Shown: positions 37,561 through 44,308 of the stretch, piece by piece
Layout of the letters: the number at the start of each line of letters is the position of its first letter
Numbering within the stretch: the stretch's first letter is position 1
Source of the DNA: Chloroflexota bacterium
GTDB lineage: Bacteria > Chloroflexota > Dehalococcoidia > UBA2247 > RBG-13-53-26
Length of the DNA: 64,000 nt
Direction: 5' to 3'
Assembly: GCA_016875915.1 (NCBI GenBank)
Contig: VGOM01000001.1
Location: 32,178-96,177 of the forward strand
The notes under the pieces: generated by a model
The model's database searches: none
What the model saw: only the letters and a program-made list of their open reading frames with translations
Told to the model about the DNA's origin: nothing
Program-made: the position numbers and the translations under genes

Positions 37561-38862
37561 CTACACCGTCATCTCCTCGCCATCTGCAAGCTGGATGGCA
37601 GTGGGAAAGAGCCGGAGGAATTCGCCCGGGCTGAACGTGTGGATGGGAATGACATGACGGGGTTTGAGAGCGAATACCAACTGACTGAGATTCTCGACGT
37701 AGGCGTGTCCGCTGGTGTGGATCTCTGCCAACTCGACATGGCGAGATTCCAGAACCTTTGTCAGATTCGAACGCTCGAGGTAGCCGGGCCACATCGAGTA
37801 GACCGCCCTGGCCCCAGTGGGAGGACCCAGTTTCGGAAGCATGACTGTTCGGAAGTAGCGGTTGTCTTTGGCGAGGACTACCATTTCCTGCGCGCGACGC
37901 CTTATCTCTTCCCACTCAATCTTGGCCTTCTTGTAGGTGAACAGCAGCTGCCTGTCGTACCCAGCGATTCTCTGGGCATGAGAATAACCGTAGAGCACCC
38001 GGACTCCTTGCCAGTGGAATTGAGGAATGTTGTCTGACAACGTACTCAGTTTGTCCAGCACAAAGGCGGTATACAGATCGATAACCACGACCTTCCCGTG
38101 TCGCTTGGCTGCCCGATAGACCGACACAAGCCTATCCAGATTCTGAGACGAGCAGAAGACAAAGGTGTAGGAACGCTGGTCGGCTAGCAGGCTGCCTATG
38201 GCGTTCTCCACCGCCTTCTCGTCCGGATAGAGTCCCTCATGCCTGCCAATCATGGTACCTTCCATGATCAGGCAGTCCACACCTGGGATAGGGTCTGCCA
38301 GAAGTCTCCTCAGCAGTACGGACTTCCGCCCATGGCCACGGAAATCACCAGTGTAGAAGACCTTCTTCCCCTCTGCCTCGATGAGGAACGCAGCAGCGTC
38401 GGGTGCTGAATGATCCATGAGATAGGGAGTGATCGTGAATTCACCCACCTGGAACGGCTGCCACATGGTGAAGGTCTGGACTTGGTCGAGATTGACCCTC
38501 GCATCCAGAAACAGGTTTGAGACCTCGATGATACTGCTTGTTCCTGGGCTCATGTATACGGGAATTGCCGAATGTAGGAAGCGGAGAAACCCGTAGTGAT
38601 CCTGATGACTATGTGACAATATGACGGCGGAGACTGAGACTTGTTGGTGTGGATACATCCCGCGGACTCCGGGGAGTATCCCCTGGCCCAAGAGTTCTCT
38701 AGCAGAGGACCGCCTATGGTCCTGCCACTCAAAAGGCGATCCATCCGGAGTCACCAGCGGCACTCCAACGTCAACAACGATGCGTGTCTTGCAAGTCTGG
38801 GAGTAGAGCTCAACACAGCTCCCGCCAACTTCATGTGTGCCGCGATGGATGATGAGCTTCAT
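37561..38862 (-). CDS. metallo-beta-lactamase-fold hydrolase, beta-CASP-like (nuclease family; cassette gene 1)
   Basis: 433 aa. MBL motifs HSHQDH (aa 84-89), H151 (MDHSAPD), D173 (YTGDFR), E201 (IMEGT, beta-CASP motif-A-like), HTSGHA (aa 382-387) and IPIHT (aa 405-409). Confidence 0.85.
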   Translation of the reverse strand: MKLIIHRGTHEVGGSCVELYSQTCKTRIVVDVGVPLVTPDGSPFEWQDHRRSSARELLGQGILPGVRGMYPHQQVSVSAVILSHSHQDHYGFLRFLHSAIPVYMSPGTSSIIEVSNLFLDARVNLDQVQTFTMWQPFQVGEFTITPYLMDHSAPDAAAFLIEAEGKKVFYTGDFRGHGRKSVLLRRLLADPIPGVDCLIMEGTMIGRHEGLYPDEKAVENAIGSLLADQRSYTFVFCSSQNLDRLVSVYRAAKRHGKVVVIDLYTAFVLDKLSTLSDNIPQFHWQGVRVLYGYSHAQRIAGYDRQLLFTYKKAKIEWEEIRRRAQEMVVLAKDNRYFRTVMLPKLGPPTGARAVYSMWPGYLERSNLTKVLESRHVELAEIHTSGHAYVENLSQLVFALKPRHVIPIHTFSPGEFLRLFPTAIQLADGEEMTV

Positions 38863-38957
38863 TGCCGTTCACAGCATGGCTGCGTGATGGCATGCCTTGA
38901 CGCAGCAGACTTCTTGTCGTAGATTGCCGCCATGGCCGACGCAACCTTCCGTACGGC

Positions 38958-39346
38958 CTAGCGCGGTTGCCTTGGCCGGATGACTTCCACCGTCTCGCCC
39001 CGCCCAAGTGTCCAGGCAAGAAGCTCCACTGCCTCCGCGACCTTCAACGTCATCATTGCCGAGCCATCTCTCGACTTCTTCAGCACTTGTGATGGGTGGT
39101 ATGCGGTTTCTTCCCTTGTCCGTGCGATTGAGGGGGCAAACCTCAACTTTGGCCGTAATGCCCAAGACGAACCGAGGAACTCGTTGGCATCGAACTTGGG
39201 CGGCAAAGGACATTGCGTGGAGCTTGGCTGAATAGCCTTGACAGGCTCCATCTTGCTCCAATATGGTGACCGGCGCTCCTTGCGGGGGGGTTGAGTGCTG
39301 AGAAGATGACCCTGCTGTCCAGGTCCCGTGGCCTAGCTCCTGACAC
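38958..39346 (-). pseudogene. possible decayed PIN/VapC-like toxin gene downstream of the AbrB-type gene
   Basis: A GTG at 39346 overlaps the AbrB-type gene's stop by 14 nt. It opens with a PIN-like N-terminus (RDLDSRVIFSALNPP), then the reading frame breaks into 67-aa and 97-aa pieces in different frames. This is very tentative. Confidence 0.25.
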
Positions 39347-39620
39347 AGTAGCGCTCCCTGGCCACCTCCTGCCCTACACGATGGCCTGCCTTCTGGTCCT
39401 GCTCCTCGGCTAACCCGGAACGCTGGAAAGTCTGCTGAATCTCTCTCAGGGATTCAAGAACCACGATCTTCCTGGGTCTGGCCAGGATTGCGGAATCCTT
39501 CACGGTCATCTCGAGCACCTGACCGGGGCCGATGCCCAGTTGGCCACATATCTCGTCCCTGGGAAGAGTGACCTGGCGTTTGGGACGGAGGATTGCGGCG
39601 GATGCCTTCTTGCACACCAT
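39333..39620 (-). CDS. AbrB/MazE/SpoVT-family DNA-binding protein (antitoxin-like)
   Basis: The swapped-hairpin motif KRQVTLPRDEICGQLGIGPGQVLEMTVKDSAILARP lies near the N-terminus when started at the ATG 39620. The ORF is open to 39671. Confidence 0.7.
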   Translation of the reverse strand: MVCKKASAAILRPKRQVTLPRDEICGQLGIGPGQVLEMTVKDSAILARPRKIVVLESLREIQQTFQRSGLAEEQDQKAGHRVGQEVARERYCVRS

Positions 39621-39876
39621 AGGGCACGTCCTGCAGTAGGTCGGATATCGGGCTTCATTCCTGCCTGTCATTGTCCGAGATCGAACACGGACGAGTCAAG
39701 GGGGGGATTGAGGATTGTGTCTGCTTCTCGAGCTTCAGCCTTGATGTGGATGGAGTGGTGGTGTGGGAGGGTAGTGGAGATGGGGCGGCACCCTGGATGG
39801 GCCGAACACAGGCGGAATGGCAGAAGGGCGTGCGCCTGTGGCGGGATGGGGTCTGAATCTTGAAGGGGGCTGGGGG

Positions 39877-40491
39877 TCAGGCGGGGTGGTGGGTTGCCCG
39901 GCGCCTGGGTTTGAGCCAGAGCCAGGCGGTGATGCCGCCGAGAAGGACGACGGTGCCGGCCAGACCGTACACCGCCGGACGTACCCAGGCGGCTTCCGCG
40001 GATCCGATCGCTTCATCGGAGGAGGGGCTGGGTTCCTGGCCGTCGCCGGGGCTCAGCGTTCCGGCGTAGTCCTTGTCGTTTCCCTCGACGGCGGCGCTCC
40101 TGTTGTCGGTGTAGTTGCTGCCCCATGGCTGACCTGTCGGCGACGGAGGCGTATCAAAGAAGTTGACCATGTCGGCGGTGAAGGCCAGGATGAGCAGCAT
40201 GGTGGCGCCTGCCGTAGCCAGGCGCAGTGCCGGGACGGGGGTCCAGCGGCGGGATGGTTCCATCCGGGGGATGCGGAGGCTGCGCGAAGGCGCCGCCTGA
40301 GGCAGCCTGTGAAGGAGGGCCACCGTGGCCTCCAGGGAGCGCAGCTCTTGCTGACAGCCGTGGCACACTGCCAGGTGCTGCTCCACGCGGCGGAGGTCCC
40401 CGGCGCTCAGCCGCCCGTCCAGGTAGGCGGACAGCCGCCCCCTGGTCCCGGCGCAGCCGTCCTTCCGCAATCGAGCCAGAATCTGCCACAT
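39877..40491 (-). CDS. anti-sigma factor (zf-HC2 type, single-pass membrane)
   Basis: HLAVCHGCQQE zinc-finger anti-sigma motif, central TM helix, directly downstream of an ECF sigma gene. Confidence 0.85.
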   Translation of the reverse strand: MWQILARLRKDGCAGTRGRLSAYLDGRLSAGDLRRVEQHLAVCHGCQQELRSLEATVALLHRLPQAAPSRSLRIPRMEPSRRWTPVPALRLATAGATMLLILAFTADMVNFFDTPPSPTGQPWGSNYTDNRSAAVEGNDKDYAGTLSPGDGQEPSPSSDEAIGSAEAAWVRPAVYGLAGTVVLLGGITAWLWLKPRRRATHHPA

Positions 40492-40532
40492 GGTTGTCCC
40501 GCCTTCTTATCTATTCAGACGATACTGCCGGC

Positions 40533-41087
40533 TCAGAAGTTCCCACTGCGCTGGAGGTAGTCACGCAACTGGCCCCGGCCCCGGCTGATGCGGGACTTGA
40601 CCGTGCCAACGGAGCACTTCATCACCGCGGCGATCTCCTCATAGCTCAGTCCCTGGATGTCGCACAGGATGACCGCCAGCCTCTGTTCGGAAGGGAGGCT
40701 GGCCAGTCCTGCCTGGATCTGGGCCTGGACCTCCCGGCGCAGGACGTAGTCCTCGGGGGACTCGCTGGTGGGGGGCGCCGGCGGTTCGAAGGGCAGCGAC
40801 TCCAGGGGGATGGCCGGGCGGCGCTTCAGCCGGCGCAGCTGGTCCCGGCAGGCATTGGCGGTGATCCGGAGCAGCCAGGCCCTGAAGTTGTCCCCCCGGA
40901 AGCCCCCGATGTTCCTCCAGGCGGAGAAGAGGGCCTCCTGGGTGGCGTCCTCGGCGGCGGCGGGGTCACTGAGCATGCGCAGGGCCAGGTTGTAGGCCAT
41001 TCTCTGATAGCGCTCCACCAGCTCGTTGAAGCTGTCGAGGTCGCCCCTCTTGCTGTTCTGCACCAGCTCTGAGTCGTCCATGCGCAT
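40533..41087 (-). CDS. ECF (sigma-70 family, group 4) RNA polymerase sigma factor
   Basis: Region 2 (FNELVERYQRMAYNLALRML, DATQEA) and region 4 HTH (LSYEEIAAVMKCSVGTVKSRISRGR). Confidence 0.93.
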   Translation of the reverse strand: MRMDDSELVQNSKRGDLDSFNELVERYQRMAYNLALRMLSDPAAAEDATQEALFSAWRNIGGFRGDNFRAWLLRITANACRDQLRRLKRRPAIPLESLPFEPPAPPTSESPEDYVLRREVQAQIQAGLASLPSEQRLAVILCDIQGLSYEEIAAVMKCSVGTVKSRISRGRGQLRDYLQRSGNF

Positions 41088-41115
41088 TTGTGGATTTGGG
41101 GGAAAGGACTATAAT
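41088..41115 (+). promoter_or_regulatory. candidate promoter for lepB (TTGTGG - 16 nt - TATAAT), very short leader
   Basis: TATAAT lies at 41110-41115 and the ATG at 41128. There is no SD in between. Confidence 0.35.
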
Positions 41116-41127
41116 CTAGGTTTGCTT

Positions 41128-41682
41128 ATGTTCAGCGGATTGCGGGAGCCGAGAAGGATCAGGGCCGGTATCGCCCAGGTCATACTGACCGCTATCATCA
41201 TACTGGTTGTCTTCACTGCGGTGCAATTCACCATGCAGAGCTTCCGGGTGGAAGGTCACAGCATGGAGCCGACCTTCCCCGACGGGGAGTACATCGTGGT
41301 GAACAAGCTGTCCTATCGCCTCGGCTCTCCCCACAGAGGGGATGTGGTGGTCTTCCGCAATCCCCAGATGCCCGACCATCTGTACATCAAGAGAATCGTG
41401 GGCCTGCCCGGCGACTCCGTGGAAATCCGAAGCGGGCGGTTCTATGTCAACGGCAGCCTCCTGGAGGAGAGCCCGGAGTTCGGCGCCATCCTCTGCGAGA
41501 ACTACTCGGTGACTGTGCCCCCCGACAGGTACTTTGTCATCGGAGACAACCGCACCGCCACCAGCGGTTCCCACACCTTCGGCCTGGTGCCCCGCGACAA
41601 CATCGTGGGCAAGACGTGGATCTGCTACTGGCCGCCCCGGGAATGGGGACTTTCGCCCAACTACGCCGCTGCAGCAGGATAG
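41128..41682 (+). CDS. lepB: signal peptidase I
   Basis: TM helix followed by the catalytic Ser box EGHSMEPT, the Lys box YIKRIVGLPGD, and GDNR. The ORF from 41026 is an upstream extension overlapping the divergent sigma gene. Confidence 0.92.
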   Translation: MFSGLREPRRIRAGIAQVILTAIIILVVFTAVQFTMQSFRVEGHSMEPTFPDGEYIVVNKLSYRLGSPHRGDVVVFRNPQMPDHLYIKRIVGLPGDSVEIRSGRFYVNGSLLEESPEFGAILCENYSVTVPPDRYFVIGDNRTATSGSHTFGLVPRDNIVGKTWICYWPPREWGLSPNYAAAAG

Positions 41683-41696
41683 GTCAGGGAGAACGG

Positions 41697-42275
41697 GTGC
41701 AGGATCAGGCGGAAGCGATACTCAAAGAGGCCGGCGCCTTCTCCGAGGGGCATTTCCTGCTCACCTCGGGACTCCACTCGCCGGTCTACTGGGAGAAGTT
41801 CCGGATACTGGAGCAGCCCCACAACACGGAGCGGATGTGCCGCATGATTGCGGACCACTTCCGGGGCTGTGACTGCCGGCTGGTGGTGGGACCGACCACC
41901 GGGGGGGTCATCGTGGCCTATGAAGTGGCCCGGCAACTGGGTGTGCGGAGCATCTTCGCCGAGAGGGAGGGCACCGGCCGGGTGTTCCGCCGGGGATTCC
42001 GGGTCCATCCCGGGGAGCGGGTGCTGGTGGTGGACGACGTGCTGACCACAGGGGGATCCGTCCGAGAGGTGCTGGCCGAGGTGAAGCGGCTGGGAGGCGA
42101 GCCGGTGGGGCTGGGGGTGCTGATTGACCGGAGCCAGGGCAATCTGGAGTTCGGCGTGCCCCTGTTCAGTTGTCTGCGGACCCACACGCCGACGTACAAG
42201 CCGGAGGAATGCCCGCTGTGCAGGGAGGGGAAGCCGCTGGCCAAGCCCGGCAGCGGGGAGAGCCTGCCCGGCTAG
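41697..42275 (+). CDS. pyrE: orotate phosphoribosyltransferase
   Basis: GHF.L.SG.HS and the PRPP-binding motif VLVVDDVLTTGGS. GTG start after an AGGGAGAA SD. Confidence 0.9.
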   Translation: MQDQAEAILKEAGAFSEGHFLLTSGLHSPVYWEKFRILEQPHNTERMCRMIADHFRGCDCRLVVGPTTGGVIVAYEVARQLGVRSIFAEREGTGRVFRRGFRVHPGERVLVVDDVLTTGGSVREVLAEVKRLGGEPVGLGVLIDRSQGNLEFGVPLFSCLRTHTPTYKPEECPLCREGKPLAKPGSGESLPG

Positions 42276-42365
42276 CGCACTGCTTCGCGGATATCGTTAG
42301 GCGGAGCCCCGCCGCGCCACCCCAGCCCTGGATGCCGCATCAAGTGCGGCATGACATCCTTGGCG
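42276..42365. mobile_element. 90-bp hairpin-unit repeat copy inserted between convergent pyrE and rho, flanked by a 12-bp direct repeat (MITE/REP-like)
   Basis: CTGCCCGGCTAG occurs at 42264-42275 and again at 42366-42377. The core 42317-42356 is 39/40 identical to 24344-24383 and contains the stem ATGCCGCA/TGCGGCAT (42332-42352). Confidence 0.5.
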
Positions 42366-42373
42366 CTGCCCGG

Positions 42374-43636
42374 CTAGTCCACCTTGTTCATGTTGGCCAG
42401 GAAGTCGGCATTGGTGCGGGTCTTGGACAGCCGGTCGATGACCAGCTGAGTGCCCTCGGTCGAGTTGGACGAATCGGCCGAGATCATAGTGACCATCCGC
42501 CTGAGCAGCCACATCTGCTTCAGGGTGTGTTCGTCCACCAGCAGTTCCTCGCGCCTGGTGCCGCTCCGAACGATGTCGATGGCGGGGAAGATGCGCCGCT
42601 CCGCCAGCCGCCGCTCCAGGTGCAGCTCCGAGTTGCCGGTGCCCTTGAACTCCTCGTAGATCACGTCGTCCATGCGGCTGCCGGTGTCCACAAGGCAGGT
42701 GGCCAGGATGGTCAGGCTGCCGCCCTCCTCGATGTTCCTGGCGGCGCCGAAGAAGTGCTTGGGGTTGTACAGCGCCACCGGGTCGATGCCGCCGGAGAGG
42801 GTCCTGCCGCTGGAGGGGGCGCCCAGGTTGTAGGCCCTGGTCAGCCGTGTGATGCCGTCGAGGAGGATGACCACGTCCTTCCCCGCCTCCACCAGACGCT
42901 TGGCCCTCTCCAGGGCCAGCTCGGCCACATGGGTCTGGTTCTCCACCATCTCGTCGAAGGTGGCGCTGACCACCTCGCCCCTGACCGACCGCTTCATGTC
43001 GGTGACCTCCTCCGGCCGCTCGCCGATGAGGCAGACCATGATGTGGGCATCCTCATGGTTGACGGAGATGGCATTGGCGATCTGCTTCAGGAGGATGGTC
43101 TTGCCCGCCTTGGGGGGTGAGACGATCAGCCCGCGCTGTCCTCTGCCGATGGGGGCGATGAGGTTGATCAGGCGGCAGGCGAGGTTCTCGGGGGTGGTCT
43201 CCAGATTGAACACCCGGTTGGGGAAGATGGGCGTCAGGGAGTCGAACGATGGCCGGCTCTTGGCCTGATCGGGGTCCAGATCGTTGACCAGCTCCACCCG
43301 GAGCAGGCTCTGGTATCTCTCCCCTTCCTTGGGAGGCCGGGCCTGGCCCATGACGGAGTCCCCGGTGCGCAGTCCGAAGCGCCGGATCTGTGACGACGAG
43401 ACGTAGATGTCGTTGGTCCCGGGGAGCAGGTGCTCATCGCGGAGGAATCCGTACCCTTCCGAGGTGATCTCCAGTATGCCGAAGGCGAAGATGTTGCCTT
43501 CCTTTGCGGTGTGGTTCTGGAGCAGCGAGATGATCAGCTCGTGCTTCTTCAGATTGCTGTAGCCTGATATGCCCTGCTCCTTGGCCATATCCAGCAGGTC
43601 TTCTCTCTTCTTGGTGTCCAGTTCGGCGAAATTCAT
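42374..43636 (-). CDS. rho: transcription termination factor Rho
   Basis: N-terminal Rho_N and cold-shock-like domain, Walker A (PPKAGKT), Walker B, 420 aa. Confidence 0.97.
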   Translation of the reverse strand: MNFAELDTKKREDLLDMAKEQGISGYSNLKKHELIISLLQNHTAKEGNIFAFGILEITSEGYGFLRDEHLLPGTNDIYVSSSQIRRFGLRTGDSVMGQARPPKEGERYQSLLRVELVNDLDPDQAKSRPSFDSLTPIFPNRVFNLETTPENLACRLINLIAPIGRGQRGLIVSPPKAGKTILLKQIANAISVNHEDAHIMVCLIGERPEEVTDMKRSVRGEVVSATFDEMVENQTHVAELALERAKRLVEAGKDVVILLDGITRLTRAYNLGAPSSGRTLSGGIDPVALYNPKHFFGAARNIEEGGSLTILATCLVDTGSRMDDVIYEEFKGTGNSELHLERRLAERRIFPAIDIVRSGTRREELLVDEHTLKQMWLLRRMVTMISADSSNSTEGTQLVIDRLSKTRTNADFLANMNKVD

Positions 43637-43647
43637 GAATCCTCCCC

Positions 43648-44304
43648 TCAGCCTTTGCCCTTGGTCTTCTGCGCGTCTTCCAGGAAGCGGGCAATACCCA
43701 CCGTTGTCAACGGATGGTTGATCATCTGCATAAGAACACTATGTGGCACAGTGGCGATGTGCGCTCCCGCCTGAACCGCCGTGACGCAGTGCATGGGGTG
43801 GCGGATGCTGGCGGCGATCACCTGTGTCGGCAGCTTGTAGCGCTCGAAGCAGTCCGCGATCTGGGCCACCACCTCCATGCCATCCTGACCCGCGTCGTCC
43901 AGCCGGCCCACGAAGGCACTGACGTAGCTGGCCCCGGCCAGGGCCCCCAGCAGCGCCTGGTTGGGGGTGAAGCACAGGGTCAGATTGACCTTGATCTTCT
44001 CCTTCGAGAGAACCGCTGTCGCCTCAAGCCCGGCGGCGCAGACCGGTATCTTGATGTTCACGTACGGCGACCAGGTGGCGATGGACCTGGCCTCCTCGAT
44101 CATCCCTCCGGCTTCGGCGCTGAGCACCTCCACCGACACGGGGCCCTTGACCAGCGAGCAGATCTCCTGAACGGCCGACTTGTAGTCGCCGCTCCAGCCG
44201 GCCTTGGAGACCAGACTGGGGTTGGTGGTCACTCCGCTGATGACGCCCAGCTTCACGGCATCGCGGACCTGCTTGATGTCAGCCGTGTCCAGGAAAAGCT
44301 GCAT
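43648..44304 (-). CDS. fructose-6-phosphate aldolase / short transaldolase family protein
   Basis: MQLFLDTAD, TTNPS, and the Schiff-base lysine context VNIKIP. 218 aa. Confidence 0.92.
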   Translation of the reverse strand: MQLFLDTADIKQVRDAVKLGVISGVTTNPSLVSKAGWSGDYKSAVQEICSLVKGPVSVEVLSAEAGGMIEEARSIATWSPYVNIKIPVCAAGLEATAVLSKEKIKVNLTLCFTPNQALLGALAGASYVSAFVGRLDDAGQDGMEVVAQIADCFERYKLPTQVIAASIRHPMHCVTAVQAGAHIATVPHSVLMQMINHPLTTVGIARFLEDAQKTKGKG

Positions 44305-44308
44305 CGAA

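Noticed and set aside
38869-39261. 130-aa minus-strand ORF between the AbrB-type gene and the MBL hydrolase.
   Set aside because: Its translation is Gly/Cys/Arg-rich with no start context and overlaps the alternative 97-aa frame. I treat it as part of a degraded region rather than an intact gene.
41110-41120. Identical 11-mer TATAATCTAGG at 41110-41120 and 47908-47918, both near ECF sigma genes, raising the possibility of a shared regulatory motif.
   Set aside because: Six of the 11 bases are just the -10 consensus. With only two occurrences and no shared -35 or flanks, I cannot distinguish this from chance.
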